A stretch of DNA of 64,000 nt from Macrostomum lignano (taxonomy: Eukaryota). Position numbers and translations under genes: made by a program. The notes under the pieces are model-generated. The model was not told where the DNA came from. It saw only the letters and a program-made list of their open reading frames with translations, and searched no databases. The stretch's first letter is position 1. Each line of letters starts with the position of its first letter. Where the stretch lies: contig NIVC01000283.1 of assembly GCA_002269645.1 (NCBI GenBank), positions 372,001 through 436,000 on the forward strand, read 5' to 3'. Below, piece after piece: positions 14,468 to 28,644 of the stretch.

Positions 14468-14897
14468 ACTATCATAACCCTGTCACTCTCCATCCTTCTC
14501 TGTCACACTCCATCGTTCCCTGTCACTCTCCATCCTTTCCTGTCACTCTCCATCCTTCCCTGTCACTCTCCATCCTTTCCTGTCACTCTCCATCCTTTCC
14601 TGTCACTCTCCATCATTTCCTGTCACTCTCCACCCTTCTCTGTCACTCTCCATCCTTCTCTGTCACTCTCCATCCTTCCCTGTCACTCTCATCCTTTCCT
14701 GTCACTCTCCATCCTTTCCTGTCACTCTCCACCATTTCCTGTCACTCTCCATCATTTCCTGTCACTCTCCATCATTTCCTGTCACTCTCCATCATTTCCT
14801 GTCACTCTCCATCATTTCCTGTCACTCTCCATCATTTCCTGTCACTCTCCATCATTTCCTGTCACTCTCCATCATTTCCTGTCACTCTCCATCATTC
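14468..14897. repeat. 20-bp pyrimidine-rich minisatellite (CCTGTCACTCTCCATCATTT)n
   Basis: Visible. Confidence 0.92.
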
Positions 14898-15422
14898 TCT
14901 GATACTCACGCTTCTTCACTATTAATCTCCTACTTTCTTTGTCACTCTTAGTTTGAAATAATTATTCACAGGGCCAAGCAATTTATTTAACATAAAGTAT
15001 CACTCTACTCCTCTCCTAAAAGCAAAGAAAACAAAAATTTCCTGAAGCAGCTTAGCATAGCTCAGGTCTCGACAGGAAATCAGATTTACGAACGAGAGAA
15101 GCAGGAAGTCTCAAGCTTCAGACCGATTCTCCACACGGATCTGTGAGCAGCAGGGGAGCCTCCGTGCTCACGTGGCTGTAAAGCCACTTTCTAACAGTCC
15201 CTGCTCAGACACAGGAACAAGGATTGCTGATGGTGGGCCTCTATAAATCTATCAGTATTTCGAAAAAAACTGTGGGAAAGATAATTCTTGCCAGTTGACG
15301 TGTCACTCACTGTGCCAATCTTTTATCTTGATTTTAATAGTACGGCTCGTACTTTTTGTCCGCATTCACCTTGATAGCTTAGATTCAACTTCTAGGCTAT
15401 CCCACTCACAATTTTAACCTCT

Positions 15423-15948
15423 CGTCACTCTCTCTGTCACTCTCTCCATAACTCTCCCTGTCACTCTCCCTGTCATTCTCCCTGTCACTCTCCCTGTCAC
15501 TCTCCCTGTCACTCTCTCTGTCACTCTCCCTGTCACTCTCCCTGTCACTCTCCCTGGCACCTTGTGTCACTCCCTCATTACCCTCCCCGCTACTCTGCCT
15601 GTCACTCTCCCTGTCACTCTTCCTGTCACTGTCCCTGTCACTCTTTCTGTCACTCTCCCTGTCACTCTCCCTGTCACTCTCCCTGTCACTCTCCCTGTCA
15701 CTCTTCCTGTCACTCTCCCTGTCACTCTACCTATCACTCTCCCTGTCACTCTATCTGTCACTCTACCTGTCACTCTCCCTGTCACTCTTTCCCGTTACTC
15801 TCCCTGTCATTCTCTTTGTCCCTGTCCCTGTCACTCTCCTTGTAACTCTCTTTGTGCCTTGTCCTGTCACTCTTACAATAATTCTCCCTGTCCTGTCTCT
15901 GTCCCTCTGCTTTTCACTCTCCCTGTCACTCTCCCTGTCACTCTCTCC
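15423..15948. repeat. 12-bp repeat (CTCCCTGTCACT)n
   Basis: Visible, degenerate toward the 3' end. Confidence 0.9.
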
Positions 15949-16475
15949 CATAGAGCTTTAAAAATTGCGCAAAAGAGCATGTACAACCCACGAAAAGCAG
16001 TTTGAAGCAAGTGAGATGGGTTGGGTGGCACTCGCAGGGGCTCCTCACTCACTTTGCTACAGCGTCTGGCTAGCAGCTCATGTCCCAGATTAGGGATCAG
16101 CAAGCCTCTCGCTGCTGCTGCTGCTGCTGCTGCTGTTAATTCAGCGAAGCTAATTAATTCCCCCCAAAAAATCCCCCTGTCTCGATTTCGGAGCAGGAAT
16201 TTGAGTAGCCAAGGGGTACAAGAAATTACTTCGGATTTTCCTGCCGAGTGAGATGCCAAAGATTTTGGCCTTAAATGGAGCTTGAAACCCAAGCCTAATG
16301 CCTGACAAATTAAAATTCCCATTTTGGGAAGCATTCCGCTGCTTCAGACTGATGGCTGCCGATTACCTAGCAATTTTCGTTCGAAATTCGATTCTTAAAC
16401 GGAAAGGGGACCGCCGTAACTGCCTTCTCCTGTAGGCTGGGCGTTCACTGACTTTCTAGCTTTCATTTTTCCCTC

Positions 16476-16860
16476 ATTCACTCTCTCTTCACTCTCTCCC
16501 TTCACTCTCTCCCTTCACTCTCTCCCTTCACTCTCTCCCTTCACTCTCTCCCTTCACTCTCTCCCTTCACTCTCTCCCTTCACTCTCTCCCTTCACTCTC
16601 TCCCTTCACTCTCTCCCTTCACTCTCTCTCCCTTCACTCTCTCCCTTCACTCTCTCTCTTCACTCTCTCCCTTCACTCTCTCCCTTCACTCTCTCCCTTC
16701 ACTCTCTCCCTTCACTCTCTCCCTTCACTCTCTCCCTTCACTCTCTCCCTTCACTCTCTCCCTTCACTCTCTCTCCCTTCACTCTCTCCCTTCACTCTCT
16801 CCCTTCACTCTCTCTCCCTTCACTCTCTCCCTTCACTCTCTCCCTTCACTCTCACTCCTT
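16476..16860. repeat. 13-bp repeat (TTCACTCTCTCCC)n
   Basis: Visible pyrimidine array ending about 160 bp before the GPCR exon acceptor. Confidence 0.92.
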
Positions 16861-17019
16861 CCTCTCACCTCTCCCTCTCAACCTTTCCTTCTAACTATTT
16901 ACTCTCCTCTTCTTGTCCTTCACACATTTTACTTATTTTCTACAACTCTGTAGTCTACATAAACAAAACAATAAAAGTTTAATCAAATAAATTTTCTCCA
17001 ACACACAAATTTATACCAG

Positions 17020-17508
17020 GCCACTGGGTGTTCGGCATCGCCATTTGCAACATCTGGCTGAGCCTGGATGTCCTGTACTGCACCGCCTCCATCTGGAGTC
17101 TGGTTGTTATCGCGTTCGACCGGTTCACGGCTACGGCATTCCCGATCTGGTACCGGGAGCAGAGGAAGGTCAGGCGCTTCGGCTGCTACTCGCTGTTCAT
17201 CTGGCTGCTCAGCGGCCTGATCTGCCTGCCGCACCTGGTCGGCTGGAACGGCAAGAAATTCATCAACCCAATTGAGAAATTCAAGAAGTCGCTGGTTCGA
17301 ATCGACAACTCGAGCGACGCGGTTCAGTGCGACCTGTTCAACGAGAAGAACTACGTGCTGTACTCGGCAACTGGAAGCTTCATCCTGCCCCTGGTGGTCA
17401 TGATCGTGCTCTATTCGAGAATCTTCGTGGTTCTGCAGCGTCGGGCTCGGGTGCTCAGGCAGAATCAGAAAAAGCGCCTGAGCATTGGCCGGGTTGCTGC
17501 TTCTCAGA

Positions 17509-17539
<31 letters not shown>

Positions 17540-18094
17540 TGATGAGGAGCGACCAACCGTTGCCATCAATGGCGAGGACGCGTCAACTCTGGTGGCACTG
17601 AATGCTCCTAGCAGCTGCATGGATCCGACCACCAAGGACGAGTGCATCGCCACGGAGTCGGTCTGCGAGGAGGAGGAGACTCAACTGCAGCAGCGCAGCA
17701 GCACGCCAAGCGCAAGTCAATCGTCCAGCAGGTGTTCCAGTCGAGAAGGCACCAGCAGCAGCACGGGAATCCTGAAAGCCACCATCATCAGCACCAGCAG
17801 CATATTCAGCGGGCGGATCAGCGAGAGCAGCGCGCCACTCAGCGAATGCTCATCATCATCGTGATCTTCATCGTGTGCTGGATGCCCTTCACCCTGATGT
17901 ACCTCATCCGCGGCCTGACAAGCGACAGCGGTAGCAGCGACGGAGACGGCACCGCCTCCAAGATTGTCGAAGTGGTCCAGGAGCTGGCGATCTGGCTGGG
18001 CTACGCGAACAGCGGTCTCAACCCCATTCTGTACACCATCTTCAACAAGGACTTCCGGCTGGCCTTCAAGAAGCTGACAATGTGCCGGTCCTGA
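17020..18094 (+). CDS. Aminergic GPCR, exon encoding TM3-TM7; contains a 1-nt frameshift at 17694/17695
   Basis: Acceptor ataccag|17020 is phase-compatible with the 7093 donor (VLG-HWVFG). Encodes CNIWLSLDVLYCTASIW (D3.32), DRF, TM5 YSATGSFILP, and in the shifted frame CWMPF, WLGYANSGLNPILYTIFNKDFRLAF and TGA at 18092-18094. Confidence 0.92.
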
Positions 18095-18499
18095 GGTGTG
18101 AAGCTAATCAATGTCCAAGTTTAAAGCAGTCGATTCTAACAAAAAAACTGAACTGTATTGTCTACTCGTCTCGTTTCTTGGCTAGTGTTGTGCAGCAAAC
18201 AGGACGTACAGCAGCCGCGACTTGTCATCGTCAAAAACATTTTGAAAATAGTATTTAATATTCGTTGAAAAAATTAAGAAAACTATCAGTTTTTTTCTGT
18301 GTGTTGACCACTTCTCGAAATATTTTTTCTCTGACTACTCGCACGGAGTGTGATCAGCTGCCAGTCCACTGCAGCATCCACTTACAGAAACGCATTGAAC
18401 AAACAATAAATAATGCTGTGACCAGTCACTTCGGCGTTGCAGTCTGAAGCTTCTTGGTTGATGATGCCATATTTTCTATCATTGGCTGAGGCTTTACAA

Positions 18500-19360
18500 T
18501 CCCTCTCTCTACCCTCCTTTTCCACCCTCCTTCTCTCTACCTTCCCTCTCTACCCTCCGTCTCTACACTCTCTCTACCCTCCGTCTCTACACTCTCTCTC
18601 TACCCTCCTTCTCTACTCTCCCTCTCTACCCTCCGTCTCTACTCTCCCTCTCTACCCTCCTTCTCTACTCTCCCTCTCTACCCTCCTTCTCTACTCTCCC
18701 TCTCTACCCTCCGTCTCTACTCTCCCTCTCTACCCTCCGTCTCTACACTCTCTCTACCCTCCGTCTCTACACTCTCTACCCTCCGTCTCTACTCTCCCTC
18801 TCTACCCTCCGTCTCTACTCTCCCTCTCTACCCTCCGTCTCTACTCTCCCTCTCTACCCTCCGTCTCTACTCTCCCTCTCTACCCTCCGTCTCTACTCTC
18901 CCTCTCTACCCTCCGTCTCTACTCTCCCTCTCTACCCTCCGAATCTACTCTCCCTCTCTACCCTCCGTCTCTACACTCTCTACCCTCCGTCTCTACTCTC
19001 CCTCTCTACCCTCCGTCTCTACACTCTCTACCCTCCGTCTCTACTCTCCCTCTCTACCCTCCGTCTCTACTCTCCCTCTCTACCCTCCGTCTCTACTCTC
19101 CCTCTCTACCCTCCGTCTCTACTCTCCCTCTCTACCCTCCGTCTCTACTCTCCCTCTCTACCCTCCTTCTCTACTCTCCCTCTCTACCCTCCGTCTCTAC
19201 TCTCCCTCTCTACCCTCCCTCTCTACCCTCCCCTCTCTACCATCCCCCTCTCTACCCTCCCTCTCTACCCTCCCCCTCTCTACCATCCCCCTCTCTACCC
19301 TCCCTCTCTACCCTCCCCCTCTCTACCATCCCCCTCTCTACCCTCCCTCTCTATCCCCCT
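18500..19360. repeat. CT-rich ~26-bp minisatellite (CTCTACTCTCCCTCTCTACCCTCCGT)n
   Basis: Visible; the 336-aa P/S/L ORF is an artefact. Confidence 0.92.
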
Positions 19361-19837
19361 CTGCTCTCGAAATTCTTCAAGTATTTTATTCAACAATCAC
19401 GCGGGCCGGCTCACCCCAGCAAAGCTGACGATAGAAAGGGAAATTAGCAAGGCGAGAGCAAATCGCGCTTATGAATTGGAAAGAAAATGGGAAACGGGAA
19501 AACTCGGGCTGCTGCCACTTCCTTCCCTCTCTGGGAGCAGGCAGTTTGCAGTTTTGTCAGATTTCTGCGGTTATTGCCAACTGCAGATTTTTTTCTATGG
19601 CCTACAAGCCAAGTGTAAAGGGCGCCGGCAGTCTCAGGGAATAATATAGCACTAATAGATTCCCGCTCTGAGACTGCCAATCTCCATTGCAATATTCAAT
19701 ATTCAAATTTAACTTCTCGAGGATTTAGTTCTGTTTTACCCTTAGTCTACTTAAAGTAGAGAATCAAGCTAATGATAAATATTCTACCCATTCCTCTGGG
19801 AGAGCGAAGCATTCCACTGTACATTTTTTTGTTTCTA

Positions 19838-20378
19838 TAGTCACTCCCCGATTTCACTCTTCTAGTCACTCTCTGATTTCACTCTTCTAGTCACTCTCTG
19901 ATTTCACTCTTCTAGTCACTCTCTGATTTCATTCTTCTAGACACTCTCTGATTTCATTCTTCTAGTCACTCCCCGATTTCATTCTTCTAGTCACTCTCTG
20001 ATTTCACTCTTCTAGTCACTCTCTGATTTCATTCTTCTAGTCACTCCCCGATTTCATTCTTCTAGTCACTCTCTGATTTCACTCTTCTAGTCACTCTCTG
20101 ATTTCACTCTTCTAGTCACTCTCTGATTTCACTCTTCTAGTCACTCTCTGATTTCATTCTTCTAGTCACTCCCCGATTTCACTCTTCTAGTCACTCTCCG
20201 AATTCACTCTTCTAGTCACTCCCTGATTTCACTCTTCTAGTCACTCTCTGATTTCACTCTTCTAGTCACTCCCTGATTTCATTCTTCTAGTCACTCTCTG
20301 ATTTCACTCTTCTAGTCACTCCCCGATTTCACTCTTCTAGTCACTCTCTGATTTCACTCTTGTAGTCACTCTCTGATT
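19838..20378. repeat. 25-bp minisatellite (TCTAGTCACTCTCTGATTTCACTCT)n
   Basis: Visible. Confidence 0.94.
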
Positions 20379-21004
20379 GATTCTTTGTCACTCTTCTACG
20401 TACATGTAAATCTAAGTCACTTAAAGTCCCTTTATTTGTCACACTGCTCTCGTCACTCTCTCTATCGATTTTCCCAGTCGCTCGTTTGGTCATTACGTAG
20501 TACACATCCCCTCAGCAGTTGTGCAGTCTCTACCGAACACAGCTCGACCCTCAGATGCACCCACGCAGTCTCCATCAAGCCGGCTACACATGCTTCCATT
20601 TTTGGACAGAGCCCTGGCTGGTTCCCAGACGTCAAAAAATGCGTCATGCAGGTGACTGGGCCTCGGAGTGTGGCCACAGTAAGTTTTAAGTACGTACCTA
20701 AGAGATCTACTGGGGATAGGTAAGGGTGAATAACTATGCATACGAGTATTGCGAGCTATTTTATGCCAGTGTGGAAGGACTTCGCGGTCTTTAAGCTAAG
20801 CAGTCCGTTGGCAAATTGCAAATTACTCCATGGGGTAACGCTGTGCATGCAGTGTACAGTGAGCCTGCGTAGTGTACACGCGGTCGAGGATTTCATGGAC
20901 ATCCTTGAGGATTTAGTGGACTGGTGAACTTTGGTTTGAAGACTGCGTTTTGTAGGCGGTCGAACATATGTTGAACTTTTGTTAAACTAGAATTCAATAA
21001 ATAA

Positions 21005-24000
21005 GATGCCGCCATGATAGATAAACAGAGGTGCCATTGTAATAAAATGAGGCGCAATTTCGATAAAATGAGGAGCGCCATGATAAATGATTCACCACCA
21101 TGATAGATAAAATGAGGCGCCACCATGATAAATGATTCACCACCATGATAGATAAAATGAGGCGCCACCATGATAAATGATTCACCACAATGATAGATAA
21201 AATGAGGCGCCACCATGATAAATGATTCACCACCATGATAGATAAAATGAGGCGCCACCATGATAAATGATTTACCACAATGATAGATAAAATGAGGCGC
21301 CACCATGATAAATGATTCACCACCATGATAGATAAAATGAGGCGCCACCATGATAAATGAGGCGCCACCATGATAGATAAAATGAGGCGCCACCATGATA
21401 AATGATTCACCACAATGATAGATAAAATGAGGCGCCACCATGATAAATGATTCACCACCATGATAGATAAAATGAGGCGCCACCATGATAAATGATTTAC
21501 CACAATGATAGATAAAATGAGGCGCCACCATGATAAATAATTCACCACCATGATAGATAAAATGAGGCGCCACCATGATAAATGATTTACCACAATGATA
21601 GATAAAATGAGGCGCCACCATGATAAATGAGGCGCCACCATGATAGATAAAATGAGGCGCCACCATGATAAATGATTCACCACCATGATAGATAAAATGA
21701 GGCGCCACCATGATAAATGATTTACCACAATGATAGATAAAATGAGGCGCCACCATGATAAATGATTCACCACAATGATAGATAAAATGAGGCGCCACCA
21801 TGATAAATGATTTACCACCATGATAGATAAAATGAGGCGCCACCATGATAAATGATTTACCACAATGATAGATAAAATGAGGCGCCACCATGATAAATGA
21901 TTCACCACCATGATAGATAAAATGAGGCGCCACCATGATAAATGATTTACCACCATGATAGATAAAATGAGGCGCCACCATGATAAATGAGGCGCCACCA
22001 TGATAGATAAAATGAGGCGCCACCATGATAAATGATTTACCACAATGATAGATAAAATGAGGCGCCACCCTGATAAATGAGGCGCCACCATGATAGATAA
22101 AATGAGGCGCCACCATAATAAATGATTCACCACCATGATAGATAAAATGAGGCGCCACCATGATAAATGATTTACCACAATGATAGATAAAATGAGGCGC
22201 CACCATGATAAATGATTCAACACAATGATAGATAAAATGAGGCGCCACCATGATAAATGATTTACCACAATGATAGATAAAATGAGGCGCCACCATGATA
22301 AATGATTTACCACCATGATAGATAAAATGAGGCGCCACCATGATAAATGATTCACCACCATGTTAGATAAAATGAGGCGCCACCATGATAAATGAGGCGC
22401 CACCATGATAGATAAAATGAGGCGCCACCATGATAAATGATTTGCCGCCATGATAGATAAAAAGAGGCGCCACCATGATAAATGATTCACCACCATGATA
22501 GATAAAATGAGGCGCCACCATGATAAATGAGGCGCCACCATGATAGATAAAATGAGGCGCCACCATGATAAATGAGGCGCCACCATGATAGATAAAATGA
22601 GGCGCCACCATGATAAATGACTTGCCGCCATGATAGATAAAAAGAGGAGCCACCATGATAAATGATTCACCACCATGATAGATAAAATGAGGCGCCACCA
22701 TGATAAATGCTTCACCACAATGATAGATAAAATGAGGCGCCACCATGATAAATGATTCACCACCATGATAGATAAAATGAGGCGCCACCATGATAAATGA
22801 TTCACCACAATGATAGATAAAATGAGGCGCCACCATGATAAATGATTTACCACAATGATAGATAAAATGAGGCGCCACCATGATAAATGATTTACCACAA
22901 TGATAGATAAAATGAGGCGCCACCATGATAAATGATTCACCACCATGATAGATAAAATGAGGCGCCACCATGATAAATGAGGCGCCACCATGATAGATAA
23001 AATGAGGCGCCACCATGATAAATGAGGCGCCACCATGATAGATAAAGTGAGGCGCCACCATGATAAATGATTTGCCGCCATGATAGATAAAAAGAGGCGC
23101 CACCATGATAAATGATTCACCACCATGATAGATAAAATGAGGCGCCACCATGATAAATGATTCACCACAATGATAGATAAAATGAGGCGCCACCATGATA
23201 AATGATTCACCACAATGATAGATAAAATGAGGCGCCACCATGATAAATGATTCGCCACCATGATAGATAAAATGAGGCGCCACCATGATAAATGATTCAC
23301 CACAATGATAGATAAAATGAGGCGCCACCATGATAAATGATTCACCACAATGATAGATAAAATGAGGCGCCACCATGATAAATGATTTACCACAATGATA
23401 GATAAAATGAGGCGCCACCATGATAAATGATTCACCACCATGTTAGATAAAATGAGGCGCCACCATGATAAATGATTCACCACAATGATAGATGAAATGA
23501 GGCGCCACCATGATAAATGATTCACCACAATGATAGATAAAATGAGGCGCCACCATGATAAATGATTTGCCGCCATGATAGATAAAAAGAGGCGCCACCA
23601 TGATAAATGATTCACCACAATGATAGATAAAATGAGGCGCCACCATGATAAATGATTTACCACCATGATAGATAAAATGAGGCGCCACCATGATAAATGA
23701 TTCACCACCATGTTAGATAAAATGAGGCGCCACCATGATAAATGAGGCGCCACCATGATAGATAAAATGAGGCGCCACCATGATAAATGATTTGCCGCCA
23801 TGATAGATAAAAAGAGGCGCCACCATGATAAATGATTCACCACCATGATAGATAAAATGAGGCGCCACCATGATAAATGAGGCGCCACCATGATAGATAA
23901 AATGAGGCGCCACCATGATAAATGAGGCGCCACCATGATAGATAAAATGAGGCGCCACCATGATAAATGATTCACCACCATGATAGATAAAATGAGGCGC

Positions 24001-25530
24001 CACCATGATAAATGATTTACCACCATGATAGATAAAATGAGGCGCCACCATGATAAATGAGGCGCCACCATGATAGATAAAATGAGGCGCCACCATGATA
24101 AATGATTTGCCGCCATGATAGATAAAAAGAGGCGCCACCATGATAAATGATTCACCACCATGATAGATAAAATGAGGCGCCACCATGATAAATAAGGCGC
24201 CACCATGATAGATAAAATGAGGCGCCACCATGATAAATGAGGCGCCACCATGATAGATAAAGTGAGGCGCCACCATGATATATGATTTGCCGCCATGATA
24301 GATAAAATGAGGCGCCACCATGATAAATGATTCACCACCATGATAGATAAAATGAGGCGCCACCATGATAAATGATTCACCACAATGATAGATAAAATGA
24401 GGCGCCACCATGATAAATGATTCACCACAATGATAGATAAAATGAGGCGCCACCATGATAAATGATTCGCCACCATGATAGATAAAATGAGGCGCCACCA
24501 TGATAAATGATTCACCACAATGATAGATAAAATGAGGCGCCACCATGATAAATGATTCACCACAATGATAGATAAAATGAGGCGCCACCATGATAAATGA
24601 TTTACCACAATGATAGATAAAATGAGGCGCCACCATGATAAATGATTCACCACCATGTTAGATAAAATGAGGCGCCACCATGATAAATGATTCACCACAA
24701 TGATAGATAAAATGAGGCGCCACCATGATAAATGATTCACCACAATGATAGATAAAATGAGGCGCCACCATGATAAATGATTTGCCGCCATGATAGATAA
24801 AAAGAGGCGCCACCATGATAAATGATTCACCACCATGATAGATAAAATGAGGCGCCACCATGATAAATGATTCACCACAATGATAGATAAAATGAGGCGC
24901 CACCATGATAAATGATTCACCTCAATGATAGATAAAATGAGGCGCCACCATGATAAATGATTCGCCACCATGATAGATAAAATGAGGCGCCACCATGATA
25001 AATGATTCGCCACCATGATAGATAAAATGAGGCGCCACCATGATAAATGATTCACCACAATGATAGATAAAATGAGGCGCCACCATGATAAATGATTCAC
25101 TACAATGATAGATAAAATGAGGCGCCACCATGATAAATGATTCGCCACCATGATAGATAAAATGAGGCGCCACCATGATAAATGATTCACCACAATGATA
25201 GATAAAATGAGGCGCCACCATGATAAATGATTTACCACAATGATAGATAAAATGAGGCGCCAACATGATAAATGATTTACCACAATGATAGATAAAATGA
25301 GGCGCCAACATGATAAATGATTCACCACAATGATAGATAAAATGAGGCGCCAACATGATAAATGATTCACCACAATGATAGATAAAATGAGGCGCCAACA
25401 TGATAAATGATTCACCACAATGATAGATAAAATGAGGCGCCAACATGATAAATGAGGCGCCACCATGATAGATAAAATGAGGCGCCACTATGGTAGATAA
25501 AATCAGGCTCCGCCATGATAAAAGTAAGGC
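21005..25530. repeat. 45-bp satellite, about 100 copies (ATGATAGATAAAATGAGGCGCCACCATGATAAATGATTCACCACC)n
   Basis: 4.5-kb array; the unit is a 25+20 dimer of related subunits. Confidence 0.97.
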
Positions 25531-26467
25531 GCCGTTATGGTTCATGAGGCACTTTAGTCTTTGTCAGCTCGGCAGAGTATATTTCAGATCAAATAAAAAA
25601 GTGCATAATGTTCTTTGAATTACTTTCTAATTTCTTTTAACTGCAACTTTAAGTTCGACCTTCCAGTGCACTGCTACAAAGTTTGTTTATCATTTTTTAT
25701 CGGTTAAAGCTGTCGTCGTTGCCTTCCAATCCAGATCGCCGCAGTCCCAGAAGTCCATGTGGCGCAGCATTCGATTCAATCCATTTGCCTGGCCTGACCC
25801 TCTCGGACAGGCAAAACAGCAAAGGAAGGAGGAAACGCTTTCGTTGAAGGTTCCAAACAGGCGAAAGGAGGGAGGCAGGCAGAAGCGTACAGTTGGGAAG
25901 AAGCGAAAGCAAAGGGAACAGCGGGTGTGGGTCTATTGGGTCTAGGACTACTAAATCTAACATCTGGAGTTTTCGAATCAAATAATTATTTTCATTTAGA
26001 AAAATTCTAATCATTTTTTCGTATCCGTTTCTCAATGTTATCAGTTAGAAAGAGGACTGAAATTCAGCCAAAGTCCAGATTTGTTTGCGGGAAAATTTTA
26101 ACAATTCTTATCTAAGTAGTTTCCAGTCCAGATATCTATTAGCTCTAAAACTCCATGGGTTCATGGCAGATTTCTATTCCAGCCCAGATGGAGGTAGGAT
26201 TAAAAAGACGCGCACGACTTGAATGCCTCAGGTTGGCCCCAGAAGTTGTCTGCTGTAGCTCTCACATATTTCGAACCAGCTTTTTTTCGATATCTCAGCG
26301 TTAATTAGACTAATGATAATTGATTGCTTGCCGGTCTGACAGCTCGCCGATCGTCTTTCTCGTGTCAAATTTTTAAGAATGTCCAGCATTTCTAGCAGAT
26401 TGGCTTTTAGGAATCAGAGTGAGTGGCTTTTGTGTTCGATTAATTTGTTACTATGCCAGCCTTAGTA

Positions 26468-26803
26468 ACAGCACCTCATTCCCCTGAAGCTAGCACCGCA
26501 TTCCCCTGAAGCTAGCACCGCATTCCCCTGAAGCTAGCACCTCATTCCCCTGAAGCTAGCACCGCATTCCCCTGAAGCTAGCACCTCATTCCCCTGAAGC
26601 TAGCACCGCATTCCCCTGAAGCTAGCACCTCATTCCCCTGAAGCTAGCACCTCATTCCCCTGAAGCTAGCACCTCATTCCCCTGAAGCTAGCACCTCATT
26701 CCCCTGAAGCTAGCACCGCATTCCCCTGAAGCTAGCACCTCATTCCCCTGAAGCTAGCACCTGATTCCCCTGAAGCTAGCACCTGATTCCCCTGAAGCTA
26801 GCT
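26468..26803. repeat. 22-bp minisatellite (CATTCCCCTGAAGCTAGCACCT/G)n
   Basis: About 15 copies upstream of the TRIM acceptor. Confidence 0.94.
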
Positions 26804-27013
26804 TCTAATTTCCCTGTAAACAGCCTTAATTCCCCTGTGAAGAGCCCTAATTCCCCTCAAAGAGCCCTAATTCCCCTATAAAGAACCCTAACTCCCCTGT
26901 CCATCCGGGCAGACGCAACTGGCGAAGAGAAGGTCCGGTCCAAGAGCGTGATCGACCACTCCAGTGGCAAGTCGGCAGCAAGCGGCGGCTCCCGGTTCAG
27001 TCCCTCGCCAATC

Positions 27014-27775
27014 ATGTCGGTCCCTGTCGGCTCCGCCGGCAAGTTAGTCCAAGAAATTCACGACGAATTTCTGGTGTGCAAAATCTGCATGGAGCCGTTC
27101 AAGACGCCGAAATGCTTGGCCTGTTTGCACACTTTCTGCGAGGTGTGCATCGAGAACCACATCGCCTCGGAGGCGGCCTACAAGAAGTACTCGGACTACA
27201 GGGAGTTCACCTGTCCGCTGTGCAGGAAGCGGACTCAACTGCCGCTTGGAGGCGCTAAGAAGCTGCCAGACAATTTCTTAATCTCCAACCTCTCCGACAC
27301 GATGGACAGGCAGAAAGTGTCCGGCACGGCCAACTGCGACATCTGCAAGACCGTGGCCAAGAAGCTCAAGGACGCCGCTAGTAAGTGTCTGGACTGCAAC
27401 AAGCTTCTATGCTCGTCGTGCGTTGAGCAGCACAAGGAGACCAAGGTGACCAGGGACCATTCGATATTTGACGTTGAGACTGAGAAAGACGTCATCTGCA
27501 AGGAGCACGAAGATGAGGTGGTTCGATTCTACTGCGAGCCCTGCCAAGCCTGCATCTGCATCATCTGCACATTCAACGAGCACAAAGACCACGAGGTGTC
27601 CAACTTTAGCGAGGCCGTTGTCAAGTACAAGGCCGATATCGAAGGCATTCTGGTAGATTGCAAAAGTAAAATTGAAGTCTATGAAAAGTACGTCGAGCGA
27701 GTGGCGGGCACTGAGCGGCAGATTACGGAGGCTGAGCAGAAAATTCGCGAGCTCGCCATCGAGTTTATCTCTGAT
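27014..27775 (+). CDS. TRIM (RBCC) E3 ligase, TRIM2/3/56-like, exon 1: RING + B-box1 + B-box2 + start of coiled coil
   Basis: [28 protein letters not shown] (RING), [20 protein letters not shown] (B-box1), [32 protein letters not shown] (B-box2). ATG at 27014. The frame is open back to a CTAAC..CAG acceptor at 26912, so an upstream exon is possible. Donor GAT|GTAGGT at 27776. Confidence 0.92.
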
Positions 27776-27811
27776 GTAGGTCTTTGTTGATCTAAATCTT
27801 TGTTTGGCGCT

Positions 27812-28181
<370 letters not shown>

Positions 28182-28237
28182 TGACCGTGAAAAATCATAT
28201 TTAGCCATAACTTTCGAACTCCCCAATATCTTTGCAG

Positions 28238-28587
28238 ATCCGTCAGCGGGAGAAGCAGCTGATTGACGAGATTCACAACCTGTACGGCAAGCAGACCATG
28301 GAGGTGATCGGCAGGAAGGCCGACCTGCAGTCCGCTCTGTCCACCTTGAAAAGCACCTGCGCTCTGACAGAAATGGTTCTGCAAGGCAAAGATATCGAAC
28401 TGCTTCTGTTAAAGAAGGAAGTACAGGAGAAATTGTCCTCGCTGTCCTCGGCCATGGACCTTGACCTGCCCAAGACCATGAGCAAGGAGATTCGCTTTCT
28501 GCCTGGGCACATCGAGCTGGGCTCCATACAGGACATGGACAAGCCGAATGCCAGTAAATTTCGCAGCTGTATCGTTTCGAATTCCAG
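28238..28587 (+). CDS. TRIM exon 2 (coiled coil)
   Basis: Acceptor tttgcag|ATC (phase 0); [36 protein letters not shown]; donor AG|GTGAGC at 28588 (phase 2). Confidence 0.88.
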
Positions 28588-28644
28588 GTGAGCGGTTGGG
28601 AAAAGTTTAAAAGTCGCTTAATTGGGCTCTGTTAAGACTGTGTG

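Noticed and set aside
17642-17864. Programmed ribosomal frameshift in the GPCR
   Set aside because: There is no slippery heptamer or stimulatory structure; a single missing A in a CAG run is the simpler explanation.
20893-25545. Very long ORFs (1490 aa, 482 aa and others) over the 45-bp array
   Set aside because: Pure translations of a 45-bp (15-codon) satellite that happens to lack stops in some frames; there are no flanking gene signals.
25757-25945. Basic 62-aa ORF as a first coding exon of the TRIM gene
   Set aside because: The only apparent donor is phase 0 while the 26913 acceptor needs phase 1, and no homology was recognised.
28554-28587. 34-nt GTAAAT..TTCCAG mini-intron or recursive AG|GT site in TRIM exon 2
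   Set aside because: The donor is weaker than GTGAGC at 28588, and its phase (1) does not fit the 29678 acceptor; it cannot be supported without RNA data.
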